In this document: in pieces, positions 1-10,410 of the stretch
Numbering within the stretch: the stretch's first letter is position 1
Layout of the letters: each line of letters begins with the position of its first letter
Source of the DNA: a candidate division WOR-3 bacterium
GTDB taxonomy: Bacteria; Hydrothermota; Tepidihabitantia; Tepidihabitantales; CAIPLT01
Length of the DNA stretch: 47,184 bases
NCBI GenBank assembly: GCA_965649215.1
Contig: CBFGJZ010000002.1
Coordinates: 9,150 to 56,333, forward strand
Direction: 5' to 3'
Notes under the pieces: model-generated
Told to the model about the DNA's origin: nothing
The model's database searches: none
The model's input: the letters and a program-made list of their open reading frames with translations, nothing else
Program-made: the position numbers and the translations under genes

Positions 1-575
1 CGAATATTGCTTATATTCTTTTAATGTTAGGAATTTATGGATTATTTTTTGAATTACAATCACCGGGTACGATTTTTCCTGGCGCGGTTGGTTCAATTTG
101 TTTACTTTTAGGCTTATATTCATTGCGTTTACTGCCGACTAATTATACTGGTTTGGCACTAATTGGGTTAGCGGTAATATTTTTTATTTTAGAAGTTTAT
201 ATCACATCTTATGGATTGTTATCGATTGGTGGTATTGGTTCATTGATTTTAGGCTCATTGTTATTGTTTCAGTCTCCAGTGTCATACTTACGGTTGGCAT
301 TACCGGTTTTGATTGTTTTTATTATTTTAAGTATCATTTTCTTCGCGGTAGTAATTGGCCTAGCAATAAAAGCTCACCGTAAAAAAGTTACGACTGGGAA
401 AGAAGGATTGATTGATGAAATTGGTGTTGCGACTACGGATTTTGATAAGGAAGGAACAGTTATGATTCACGGGGAATTGTGGAATGCAGAATCAATTTCA
501 AATAAAATTAATAAAGGAGATAAAGTAAGAGTAATCCGAATAGAAGGTATGAAATTAATTGTGAAAAAGGAGTAA
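1..575 (+). CDS. nfeD: NfeD-family membrane protein, C-terminal part (5' end outside the window)
   Basis: Frame is open from the window start (NIAYILLMLGIYGLFFELQSPG). Several TM helices, then VTTGKEGLI and a C-terminal OB-fold (GTVMIHGELWNAES...KVRVIRIEGMKLIV). Confidence 0.85.
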   Translation, partial: NIAYILLMLGIYGLFFELQSPGTIFPGAVGSICLLLGLYSLRLLPTNYTGLALIGLAVIFFILEVYITSYGLLSIGGIGSLILGSLLLFQSPVSYLRLALPVLIVFIILSIIFFAVVIGLAIKAHRKKVTTGKEGLIDEIGVATTDFDKEGTVMIHGELWNAESISNKINKGDKVRVIRIEGMKLIVKKE

Positions 576-579
576 GGAA

Positions 580-1485
580 ATGATTGTTTTAGATGGCAAA
601 ATGCTCGCTGCCAAGATGCGAGCTGAGATGAAACAAGAGATTGAAACAATACACAAACAAGGAATATTCCCTAATTTAGGTGTAATCTTGGTAGGCGATT
701 TTGCCCCGTCAGTAATTTATGTCAGAAATAAAGAAAATGCTTGCCAAGAAGTTGGTATTAAAACTGAAACTTTGCGACTTAAAGACAATATCAGTGAAAA
801 TGATTTATTGGGAATAATAAAAGAATGGAATCATAAATCTGATATCTCTGGTATTTTAGTTCAGATGCCATTACCCAAACACATCAATCATCAAAGAGTT
901 CTAGATAGTATTATACCCCATAAAGACGTCGATGGGCTCTCGGTTTATAATTTGGGACGATTGATTGCAGGACAAATTCCTTATTTTTATCCTTGCACTC
1001 CCTTAGGTATAATCGAATTGTTAAATCGTTATCAGATTACAACTGCAGGTAAACATTGTGTTATCGTAGGACGTGGTGAATTGGTGGGGAAACCTTTGGC
1101 AAATATGTTATTATTAAAAGAAATCCATAGTCCACAGGAAAAGAGATATGCGGGTAATGCAACGGTGACGGTTTGTCATTCACAAACTAAAGATATTGAG
1201 TATCACACTCGCCAAGCTGATATTTTAATAGTAGCGATTGGCCAACCCAATTTTATAAATAAAAAAATGGTTAAAGAAAATTCAGTAGTTATTGATGTCG
1301 GCGTCAACCGTATCTCGATTGGAGAAAATAAAACAAAATTGGTTGGCGATGTTGATTTTGATGCGGTAAAGGATATTGTCTGGGCAATTACACCAGTTCC
1401 AGGCGGAGTAGGGCCGATGACAGTAACGATGCTTTTACAGAATACGATTAAGGCAGCAAAACAAATGCGAAATATTAAATCATGA
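580..1485 (+). CDS. folD: Bifunctional methylenetetrahydrofolate dehydrogenase/cyclohydrolase
   Basis: Motifs YVRNK, KDVDG, PCTPLG, VGRGELVGKP, ATVTVCHS, IDVG and ITPVPGGVGPMT. Confidence 0.97.
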   Translation: MIVLDGKMLAAKMRAEMKQEIETIHKQGIFPNLGVILVGDFAPSVIYVRNKENACQEVGIKTETLRLKDNISENDLLGIIKEWNHKSDISGILVQMPLPKHINHQRVLDSIIPHKDVDGLSVYNLGRLIAGQIPYFYPCTPLGIIELLNRYQITTAGKHCVIVGRGELVGKPLANMLLLKEIHSPQEKRYAGNATVTVCHSQTKDIEYHTRQADILIVAIGQPNFINKKMVKENSVVIDVGVNRISIGENKTKLVGDVDFDAVKDIVWAITPVPGGVGPMTVTMLLQNTIKAAKQMRNIKS

Positions 1486-1558
1486 AATTGCAATATCCAT
1501 CTTTAGATTACTTATATGTATAGAAGATTTAATAAAATTCTAGTATTATCAACGATAT

Positions 1559-2389
1559 ATGCTTGAGTTATTTAAATATAAAGGTCTAATTGAGAGTGCT
1601 TTACACCGAGAAATGGAAAAAATAAAAAAAGGTGGTATATCCAAAGTTTTGTTTCAAGCAATGAACTATTCGTTGTTTAATGGCGGAAAACGCATTCGAC
1701 CAATTTTATGTCTTGCGTGTTTTGATGCTATAAAGGATAGAAATTTTCAACTTAATTTAAGACTTTATCAAGAAATTCTACCATTTGCTTGTGGTTTAGA
1801 ATTTATTCATACTTTTTCACTAATTCAAGATGATCTGCCAAGTATGGATAATGATGATTTAAGGCGGGGAAAACCGACGCTACACAAAAAATATGGAGAA
1901 GCAGTTGCTTTATTGGCCGCAGATGCTCTTTTTGCACAAGCATATAAATTATTTGCCCAAGCTTCAATTGATTCCGAAATAAAGGTTATGGCAATTAATG
2001 AATTAGCAGATATCTGCGGGGTTGAAGGTTTAGCCAATGGTCAATTTTTAGATATTACAAAAAGAGATAAACAGATATCAAGTATTTTGCAAAATTTAAT
2101 AAATGAACAAAAGACTGCCAAGATGATAAGCGGTTCGATGAAAATTGGGGCGATAGTTGCTTTAGGTAGCGATAAGATTATCAAACAAATTGAAAAAGCT
2201 GGTAAATATTTAGGTTTATTATTTCAGATAACCGATGACTTACTCGATAAAGAAAGTCTAAAATATAAAAACTATCGCCAAATGATTAACAAATATGTCG
2301 AAATCACACATACTATCTTTACAAAATTAGGCAAAAGGTTTAATCCGTTTATTGAATTTACAAATTATTTAATATCTCGCCAAAAATGA
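1559..2389 (+). CDS. ispA: Polyprenyl (farnesyl/geranylgeranyl) diphosphate synthase, IspA-like
   Basis: GGKRIRP, first Asp-rich motif DDLPSMDNDDLRRGKPT, GQFLD, second motif FQITDDLLD. Adjacent to dxs, the usual synteny. Confidence 0.88.
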   Translation: MLELFKYKGLIESALHREMEKIKKGGISKVLFQAMNYSLFNGGKRIRPILCLACFDAIKDRNFQLNLRLYQEILPFACGLEFIHTFSLIQDDLPSMDNDDLRRGKPTLHKKYGEAVALLAADALFAQAYKLFAQASIDSEIKVMAINELADICGVEGLANGQFLDITKRDKQISSILQNLINEQKTAKMISGSMKIGAIVALGSDKIIKQIEKAGKYLGLLFQITDDLLDKESLKYKNYRQMINKYVEITHTIFTKLGKRFNPFIEFTNYLISRQK

Positions 2390-2413
2390 AAAAAGTGAGG
2401 ATTTAGATAAAGA

Positions 2414-4327
2414 ATGAACATCACACCTGATCAAATCCGTAAAATGAATATTGGAGAACTTAGCCAATTAGCAAAGCAGATCCGACAAAGGATTATTGAA
2501 GTCGTAACAAAACGAGGAGGTCATTTAGCGCCCAGTTTAGGGGTTGTTGAATTGACTTTAGCACTTCATTATGTGTTTGATACACCTAAAGATAAGATTA
2601 TTTGGGATGTTGGCCATCAAGCCTACGCTCATAAATTAATAACTGGTCGTTGGCATCAATTTGAGACTTTAAGAACAGATCAGGGTATTTCGGGTTTTCC
2701 AAAGCGTTCAGAAAGCCCGTATGATGTTTTTGATAGTGGCCATTCAGGTAATTCTATCTCGGTCGCATTAGGTATTACTTCAGCAGCAAAACTAAAAGGT
2801 GAAGAATTAAAAAGTATTGCGGTGATCGGTGACGGTTCTATTGTCAGTGGTATGGCATTTGAAGCACTTAATTACGCTGGTGATAGTCATCAAAATTTAA
2901 TTGTTGTGTTAAATGACAACGAAATGTCAATCGCGAAAAGTACCGGCGCAATGGCCAAATATTTTAGTCGAATGATTACGGGTCGGATGTATAATAGATT
3001 AAAAGCTGATACTTGGAAATTGCTCGGTATCTTACCAAAGAAACTGAGTTATAAGACCCGTCGTGCTGCTCGTAAACTTGAAGAGGGATTAAAAAATTTA
3101 ATTGCACCATCTATAATTTTTGAAGAGCTTGGCTTTCGTTATTTTGGTCCTTTTGATGGCCACGATTTAGGATTGTTAATAGAGACTTTTAAACGTATTA
3201 AAAATATTAAAGGACCTATTTTAGTGCATGTCGTAACCAAAAAAGGTAAAGGATACCTACCCGCAGAAGAAAATCCTGAATTATATCATGGTATATCGCC
3301 AATAGTGAAGCCCAATAACGGTGTAAATAGTCTCAATGGGATTTCTTGTCAAAACAACCGCAATTGCAGCGATATTTTTGGTGAGACATTGATTGCTTTG
3401 GCTGAAAAAGATCAACGGGTCTGCGCAATATCTGCAGGAATGTGTTTAGGAACAGGCCTTGCCGTTTTTAAGAAAAAATTTCCTGATCGATTTTTTGATG
3501 TTGGTATTTGCGAGCAACACGCGGTGACATTTGCCGCAGGTTTAGCAATGAGTGGCTTAAGACCATTTGTCGCAATCTACTCAACTTTTTTAGCACGGGC
3601 ATATGATCAAATCATTCAGGATGTTGCCTTACAAAATCTACCCGTCGTTTTTGCGATCGATCGAGCAGGGATTGTTGGCGAAGATGGACCGACTCATCAT
3701 GGTAACTTTGATATTTCTTACTTACGAATAATTCCGAATATGATAATTGCGGCACCAAAAGATAATGACGAACTAACCAATATGCTCAAATTAAGCATTC
3801 ATAGCAACGCTCCATTTGCGATTCGCTATCCCCGGGGTTCGCTTACAAATATTAATTATCCCAATCAAGATAATTCGTTGCAAATTGGATGTAGCGAGAT
3901 ATTATTAGAACATCACAATCCCAATAATAAAAAAAGAGGAAAATTGATTGTTTTGGCAGTCGGTTCAATGGTTGCCAATAGTTATCAAGCAGTACGAGAC
4001 ATTATAAGTAATGCAAACTACCCGAATCAATCAATTGTTTTGGTTAATATACGATTTATAAAACCATTAGATGAAAATTTATTACATAATTTAATAGCCA
4101 ATGACGATATTGTTATTACGGTTGAAGAAAATGCAATTAAAGGTGGTTTTGGTTCATCTGTTATGGAGTTTTTAGCAGATAAGGCGATTACTCCGAAAAA
4201 ACATATTATGATTGGTTTAGTTGATAAGTTCATTGAACAGGGTAGTCGGGAAATTTTACTTGACCGATATGGACTTTCAAAGGTAAAATTACAGCAAACA
4301 ATATGGGCTGCATTAAGTCAAGAATAA
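2414..4327 (+). CDS. dxs: 1-deoxy-D-xylulose-5-phosphate synthase
   Basis: GGHLAPSLG, WDVGHQAYAHK, TPP motif IGDGS...LNDNEMSI, DVGICEQHAV, DRAGIVGEDGPTHHG. Confidence 0.97.
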   Translation: MNITPDQIRKMNIGELSQLAKQIRQRIIEVVTKRGGHLAPSLGVVELTLALHYVFDTPKDKIIWDVGHQAYAHKLITGRWHQFETLRTDQGISGFPKRSESPYDVFDSGHSGNSISVALGITSAAKLKGEELKSIAVIGDGSIVSGMAFEALNYAGDSHQNLIVVLNDNEMSIAKSTGAMAKYFSRMITGRMYNRLKADTWKLLGILPKKLSYKTRRAARKLEEGLKNLIAPSIIFEELGFRYFGPFDGHDLGLLIETFKRIKNIKGPILVHVVTKKGKGYLPAEENPELYHGISPIVKPNNGVNSLNGISCQNNRNCSDIFGETLIALAEKDQRVCAISAGMCLGTGLAVFKKKFPDRFFDVGICEQHAVTFAAGLAMSGLRPFVAIYSTFLARAYDQIIQDVALQNLPVVFAIDRAGIVGEDGPTHHGNFDISYLRIIPNMIIAAPKDNDELTNMLKLSIHSNAPFAIRYPRGSLTNINYPNQDNSLQIGCSEILLEHHNPNNKKRGKLIVLAVGSMVANSYQAVRDIISNANYPNQSIVLVNIRFIKPLDENLLHNLIANDDIVITVEENAIKGGFGSSVMEFLADKAITPKKHIMIGLVDKFIEQGSREILLDRYGLSKVKLQQTIWAALSQE

Positions 4328-7300
4328 TGAAGGGTATTTATAAATTAATTTTTTGTTTTATTAGCATATCATCTTTTACAATACCTGTTTTTGCTCAAAA
4401 CAGTTTCTTGTCATATAATGATTCATTATTTCTGGATTCTTTAGATATAAATTCATCTAACGAAGTCGACAGTATCCTTCCTTTATTATACTTAAGACAA
4501 AACCAATATCCATTCTTTATTGATCGTTTACAAATCAAGGAGCGGATTGACTATGAAAACGGGTTTGTTTTTTATGAAATCTATCAAAATGGTGTTTATA
4601 GTGGTATATTGGAAATCGTTCCCTTAAGTGATTACTTCAAGCGGACAATATACAAAGAACTATTAACAAAAAGTAAAGAACAAAGCCAAAGAAAAGCAGT
4701 TACCTCATCCCAACCGTTTGACCGGATGGGGTTAATTCCTGATATCGAATTACCAAGAGTACCTCTTTTAGGAGAAGGTAGTCGGATTAATATTTCAGGG
4801 CAAGATAAAATTACTTTTGGTGGTCGTCAAACTTTTACCGAAGGATTTACTCAAACAACCACTCCACCGAGAATGTTTCCTGAATTAAAAATGGATCAAC
4901 AATTGAAAGTGAAATTGGATGGTACAATTGGAGAACGTACTAAAGTCCTAATTGATCATGATTCAGAAAGGGATTTAGCAGGTCGTAACACAGTTAAACT
5001 TTCATACACAGGTACTGAAGATGATATATTACAAAATTTAGAATTTGGAGATACTCGTTTAATAATTCCTAGTACCGCTTATACAGGTGATTTACCTTCT
5101 CGTAAAGGTCTCTTCGGTGTTTCCAGTAAAGCAAAGATAGGAGGTGTTGATTTATATGCAATTGCTTCTCGTGAAGAATCGCAGGGTGAGACTAAAGAGT
5201 TCCGTGGTCAGACCCGCTTAATTTATGATACGATATACGATGTTGAATTTTTAAGAAGGATCTTTTTTTCAATTGGCGAACCGCCTTCGGCGCGAGTGAC
5301 CGATTTAAAGGTATATGTTAAAGATGGAAGTGTAATGGGTGAGTCAGCGATTGCCACTGTATTATTAAATGCTCCTAATGATACACCTCCATATCGTTAT
5401 GACCGAGAAATCGGTTTCTTTTCTTTACGAACCCGTAATCAAGATTATGTTTTTCACGAAGATGGCAATGTAATTGAATTTATTAGAAATATTCCTGCTA
5501 ATACGCATGCAGTTGCAGTCAGTTATGTTGTTGGAAATGACACGGTAGGGGGTCTTAAAGTACTTCAAGGTGATACTAACTTAGTATTAAAGTTAATCAA
5601 ACCAAGTCGTGAGGATACACTTTCCGCATGTTGGCAATATGAATTAAAAAATGTCTATTCACTTGGTAATCGGGATGTACGGATTGAAGACATTAAAATT
5701 TTAAGATATGAGCAAGGTATCGATCCCACCAATTATAAAGAATATGAAACTGATGGTCCAACGGCAGGAAGAACATTCTTAAAATTGCTTGGATTAGATC
5801 CTGATAATAACGGAAAAGTTGAATGGCCCCAATTTGATGCTTCTCGCGGTTATTTAATCTTTCCCTTTGCAAGGCCTTTTGCAATTGAATCACTATCCAT
5901 CCAAAATCGTATTATCTATTATAAAAATTATCCATCCGTCATTGAAGATAAAAAATATTTAATTGTATTGAGCTATATTACATCACGCGGAACTTTTAAT
6001 TTAGGGCAATTTGATATTGAAGAAGGTTCAGAAAAGGTTTATGTCAATAATCAACTCCAGAGTAGCGACGATTACGAAATTAATTATTTAACAGGAGAGT
6101 TGAAATTTAAGAAACCATTGCCACCCAATGCGGATGTAAGAGTTTCTTATGAATATCGTCCTTTATTTTCTATCTCTCAAAAATCCCTGATGGGAACACG
6201 AGGTGAATGGAAATTTGGTAATAACGGTAAAATCGGTTCAAGTATTTTTTATCGTCAAGAAGCAACGCCTGAAGCAAGCTCAAAGGCGACTTTAGGTTCA
6301 GAGCCATTCCAACGACTTATTGCCGAGACGGATATTTCCTATAGTGAACGGCCTGAATTTTTAACCGATTGGTTAAATCAAATTCCACTCCTTAATACAC
6401 AAGGTCAAGCATCGATATCATTTTCTACCGAAGGGGCATTATCTTTACCAAATCCTAATACACGAGGTATTATTTATTTAGATGATTTTGAAAAAACGAC
6501 TATTACGCAGGATGTTTTATTAAGAGGTTTGGTATGGCAGTTTGGTTCAAAACCTGCAAATCGAGACATAGCAACTTTTGCTCGTGAGCGCATTTTTTGG
6601 TATAATCCAACAACCCGCATCAGAAAAGATTCAATATTTGGTAGTGGTATTGGTGAAGAGGGGAAGGATTTAGTTGATTATCTGAGAATTCAGTATATCC
6701 CTGACAGTGAAACTTCCTGGGCTGGGATTATGACTTGTGTTTCTCAGTCGGGCTGGAATCTTAAAGATATAGAAAATTTAGAAGTGGTATTTAGGCATAG
6801 TCAAAATAATAATCCCCAGAAGAATGGTAAAATTCATTTCACATTAGCAACCAGTATTGATGAAGATATTCCTCGACGAACTAAATCAGGTGAATTAGTG
6901 GGTTATAACAATCAACATGACACTGAAGATAAAAATGGTAATGGTATTTTGGATGATGGTCTTGGTGAAGATGTCGGTTTAGATGGTGTTGGAGGGCGTG
7001 ATGCAGATAATGTTTTGGGTGACGATGGTAATGATGATTATGATGCTTATATAAATCCAATTGGCACTGAAGGAAATCGTCGATTGGATGACGAAGATAT
7101 CGATGGTAACGGTTTCGCTCGTAACAATGATTATTTTGAATATACCATCAATCTAACAGATAGTGTATATTTTACAACTTTAGCAAATAATTGGAAAATG
7201 CTTCGTCTGCCTTTAAATGATTCACTATTAAAAAACGATAGCTCAAAGTATCGCTTTGAAGGTCTTCCCAGTTGGGAGAACATTCGTATTGTGAGAATTT

Positions 7301-9927
7301 GGTTTTCTGATTTTACTTTCAGTGATACTTTTGATATTTATTCACTTAGTTTTGTTGGTTCAAGGTGGCGGAGTGCAAAGGTTATTAAAGCGGATTCTCT
7401 AAGTATACCTTCCGATAGTGTGGAAAGGTTTGAAAAGGTGAGAGTTACTTTAATAAGTCAAAAGACCGATCCAAATTATTATTCTCCATTTGAATTAAAA
7501 AGAGATGCAAGCGGTCGTTTAGAATATGAAGCAGCATTAGCATTTAGTTATGATAGCATTAAGAGTGGACATCGAGGGATTGCGGTGAAAACTAATTTTC
7601 AGAAAGAAGACTATCGGGATTATAGCACCATTAAAATTTATTTGCATAATGATAATAACGATCCTTATTTCTTTTTTAGATTTGGTGGTGATTCCTTAAA
7701 TTATTATGAGTATTGTAATCAAATATCAAAAGGAACCGCGGTGGCAGGATATAATGATTGGTATGAGTTTGAGATAATTCTTGATACAATAATAAAAATT
7801 AAGACCCAAAAAGTTGGCAGAGAAACTGTCGTTGGAAATTATCGAGTTTATGGTAATCCTTCAATTGCCGATATTCGTTATCAAGCATTGGGCATTGAGA
7901 ATCGAAGTGGAGATTTAATTTCGGGTAGTGTTTGGTTTAATGATATCCGTTTGAGCGATGTGCGCGCTGAAATGGGTTATGGGTGGACATCGAATGTTGC
8001 TTTGAGTTTAGCAGATTTCGCTTCAATTGGTATAAATCTGAATTTCTCAGATCCTAATTTTCGCCGTTTCAGTGAAGGTCGTGGCGTTAAAACGGGTGGG
8101 TTTGGTCGTAATATGGGTGTTAATGCACGAGTTGCGTTGGATAAATTTTTGCCACCTTCATGGGGTGTTTCGATTCCGATTTCTTATCGTCGTACTAATA
8201 ATCGTACCTTACCCAAATATGCTGCCAATTTTTCCGATTATCGATTGAATCCCACTGAAGCGGAAGAGCAATCACAGAGTTCTTATGATGAACAATGGTC
8301 TTTAAATAATTTATCGAAACGGAAAAGTAATAATAAGATTTTTAATTACACGATTGAAGCTTTTACTTATTCCATGGGAGAACGCAAATCTCAAAATCTT
8401 ACTTATACAAATGTGGATACTTCTTTTTCATCTTTTAAGAGTCTTGACTATGCGATTGATCCGGACATAAAAATTAGTATTTTTGATAATGATGTTTATT
8501 TATTTCCTAATAACATTCGAGCAGGTATTGATATTTCTAATAGTCGTAATGCTCGTTATAGTAGATATCGTGATACCTTAAGTAATCGTGATACAACACG
8601 GTTAATTCGGATTGATTCATTGAGAAATATCGATATGAGCCTTGATTTAGAATATTCCCCTCTTGATGACTTTACAATTACCTATGGTCGTCAAGCAACT
8701 CGTGACCTAATTTTTTCTGCGCCAGGTGTAACACGGGATACATTATTATTAGGATTTCGGGCCGGGGTTGAGACAGATTGCGATGAGAACTTTGGGGCTG
8801 AATATGAATTTGAAATCAGCGACTATTTAAGACCACGGATTAGTTTTGATGAGTCATATAACGAAATTAGGCCGAAACGACAAGGTGTTTATGATGAATA
8901 TCGCAATTTTGATAATAATACAACTATTGATTTTTCAACTGACTTTGATTTACCCGCCGTATTATCTTCTTTGAGTGAATTAGGCAATGGTAATAATAAG
9001 GTTATGAATAGTCTTGCTAATATCTTGCAAGAAGTGAGTTTTTCTTATACCCGTGATTACTCTCGCCAATACCAGACGGTCTCAAAGCGGCCACCATTTT
9101 TATTCCGACTTGGGTTAAATGATGCATTTATTTTAGATACGATAAATTATCCTGAACGTCCACAGATTAATCGTAATAGATCCGACGATTTATCAATATC
9201 AAGTGGAGCCCGTCTCAAAGATATTTCTATAAATGGTCGGTTTGCCAAGAGTTGGGATAGGCAGTTCTTTACTTATGATGTGAATGGTCTTTATGCGACT
9301 ACCTGGCCAGATATCAATGTCAGTATTGGTCGCATTGAAAAATTATTGTTAGGTTTAGCCACAAGTTCTGATATTTCATTTGGATATAAGCAAGAAAACC
9401 GCCAATCTGGTACAATCATCCACGATACTTTTCGTCTTGATGGTTTGAGAAGAACTACTAATATCAATTATTCGCCGTTAGTTTCTTGGCGGACAACTTG
9501 GAAGAAAAGACTTTCTACTAATTTATCAACAAACTTCTCTAAGTCTAAAGAAGAGATACGATTAAGTCAAGGGTCGAACATTATCGAAACCAATCAACAA
9601 GGTGCAAACCTGTCAGTATCCTATGCTTTTTCAGCACCCCAAGGGATACCACTGCCATTCTTAAAAGGTATCAAATTATCATCGGATTTAAATCTCTCGT
9701 TAAATCTGCGATATAATAAAAACTACACCTTGAATATTCCTTATCTTGCTGATACGACCTATTTACGAAATGATCAAAATTTGGGTACGGATTTAGCAGC
9801 TTCTTATCGGATTTCAAATAGCATTGAATCAGGTGTCACAACTGGTTATTCTAATTATACTGATTTACAACGGGGGCGGAAGACAAGAAATGTTGATTTA
9901 AATTTCTGGGTTCTATTTAAATTTTAA
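4327..9927 (+). CDS. sprA: SprA/Sov-like very large outer-membrane beta-barrel protein (T9SS translocon-like)
   Basis: ~1866 aa if started at ATG 4327, which overlaps the dxs stop (TAATG) and gives a signal-peptide-like N-terminus; the ORF track starts at 4303. Recalled SprA-like segments: KLSYTGTEDDILQNLEFG, IEEGSEKVYVN, DYEINYLTGEL, YLDDFE, EDKNGNG, VWFNDIRL. C-terminal Phe. Confidence 0.75.
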   Translation: MKGIYKLIFCFISISSFTIPVFAQNSFLSYNDSLFLDSLDINSSNEVDSILPLLYLRQNQYPFFIDRLQIKERIDYENGFVFYEIYQNGVYSGILEIVPLSDYFKRTIYKELLTKSKEQSQRKAVTSSQPFDRMGLIPDIELPRVPLLGEGSRINISGQDKITFGGRQTFTEGFTQTTTPPRMFPELKMDQQLKVKLDGTIGERTKVLIDHDSERDLAGRNTVKLSYTGTEDDILQNLEFGDTRLIIPSTAYTGDLPSRKGLFGVSSKAKIGGVDLYAIASREESQGETKEFRGQTRLIYDTIYDVEFLRRIFFSIGEPPSARVTDLKVYVKDGSVMGESAIATVLLNAPNDTPPYRYDREIGFFSLRTRNQDYVFHEDGNVIEFIRNIPANTHAVAVSYVVGNDTVGGLKVLQGDTNLVLKLIKPSREDTLSACWQYELKNVYSLGNRDVRIEDIKILRYEQGIDPTNYKEYETDGPTAGRTFLKLLGLDPDNNGKVEWPQFDASRGYLIFPFARPFAIESLSIQNRIIYYKNYPSVIEDKKYLIVLSYITSRGTFNLGQFDIEEGSEKVYVNNQLQSSDDYEINYLTGELKFKKPLPPNADVRVSYEYRPLFSISQKSLMGTRGEWKFGNNGKIGSSIFYRQEATPEASSKATLGSEPFQRLIAETDISYSERPEFLTDWLNQIPLLNTQGQASISFSTEGALSLPNPNTRGIIYLDDFEKTTITQDVLLRGLVWQFGSKPANRDIATFARERIFWYNPTTRIRKDSIFGSGIGEEGKDLVDYLRIQYIPDSETSWAGIMTCVSQSGWNLKDIENLEVVFRHSQNNNPQKNGKIHFTLATSIDEDIPRRTKSGELVGYNNQHDTEDKNGNGILDDGLGEDVGLDGVGGRDADNVLGDDGNDDYDAYINPIGTEGNRRLDDEDIDGNGFARNNDYFEYTINLTDSVYFTTLANNWKMLRLPLNDSLLKNDSSKYRFEGLPSWENIRIVRIWFSDFTFSDTFDIYSLSFVGSRWRSAKVIKADSLSIPSDSVERFEKVRVTLISQKTDPNYYSPFELKRDASGRLEYEAALAFSYDSIKSGHRGIAVKTNFQKEDYRDYSTIKIYLHNDNNDPYFFFRFGGDSLNYYEYCNQISKGTAVAGYNDWYEFEIILDTIIKIKTQKVGRETVVGNYRVYGNPSIADIRYQALGIENRSGDLISGSVWFNDIRLSDVRAEMGYGWTSNVALSLADFASIGINLNFSDPNFRRFSEGRGVKTGGFGRNMGVNARVALDKFLPPSWGVSIPISYRRTNNRTLPKYAANFSDYRLNPTEAEEQSQSSYDEQWSLNNLSKRKSNNKIFNYTIEAFTYSMGERKSQNLTYTNVDTSFSSFKSLDYAIDPDIKISIFDNDVYLFPNNIRAGIDISNSRNARYSRYRDTLSNRDTTRLIRIDSLRNIDMSLDLEYSPLDDFTITYGRQATRDLIFSAPGVTRDTLLLGFRAGVETDCDENFGAEYEFEISDYLRPRISFDESYNEIRPKRQGVYDEYRNFDNNTTIDFSTDFDLPAVLSSLSELGNGNNKVMNSLANILQEVSFSYTRDYSRQYQTVSKRPPFLFRLGLNDAFILDTINYPERPQINRNRSDDLSISSGARLKDISINGRFAKSWDRQFFTYDVNGLYATTWPDINVSIGRIEKLLLGLATSSDISFGYKQENRQSGTIIHDTFRLDGLRRTTNINYSPLVSWRTTWKKRLSTNLSTNFSKSKEEIRLSQGSNIIETNQQGANLSVSYAFSAPQGIPLPFLKGIKLSSDLNLSLNLRYNKNYTLNIPYLADTTYLRNDQNLGTDLAASYRISNSIESGVTTGYSNYTDLQRGRKTRNVDLNFWVLFKF

Positions 9928-9951
9928 GAGTTTGAATTGTAGTAACAGCTT

Positions 9952-10341
9952 ATGAATGCTAAAGAAAAAACAGTAGTAATTTTTTTAATTGTGAGTTTAC
10001 TGATTGGCAGTTGTATTTCGTTATGGAAAAATTATCAACTTAAAAAAGATTATCAAAAATTAAGCGTGTCAGCGGTATATGAAGCAAAAGAAGAAGCAAT
10101 AAGCTCTGAGACGACATTACCAAAATCAAACAATTTAACTCTAACCGACTTAATTAATATTAACACCGCATCAAAATCAGAATTAGAACAATTAGTTGGC
10201 ATTGGACCAGTGTTAGCCCAGCGCATTATTGACTATCGTAATGAACATAATGGTTTTAAAACTAAAGAAGAGATAATGAAAGTTTCGGGTATTGGTGTAA
10301 AGAAATTTGCCGCCATTAAAGATAAAATTATTATTCATTAA
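9952..10341 (+). CDS. comEA: ComEA-family helix-hairpin-helix DNA-binding protein
   Basis: N-terminal TM helix, then ININTASKSELEQLVGIGPVLAQRIIDYR...VSGIG (HhH pair). Confidence 0.88.
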   Translation: MNAKEKTVVIFLIVSLLIGSCISLWKNYQLKKDYQKLSVSAVYEAKEEAISSETTLPKSNNLTLTDLININTASKSELEQLVGIGPVLAQRIIDYRNEHNGFKTKEEIMKVSGIGVKKFAAIKDKIIIH

Positions 10342-10410
10342 TATATGAGTAAGTTAAGATTATTAACAAATCAAATTTAATGATAAATTGTTTTTAGAGA
10401 GTGATGCTTT

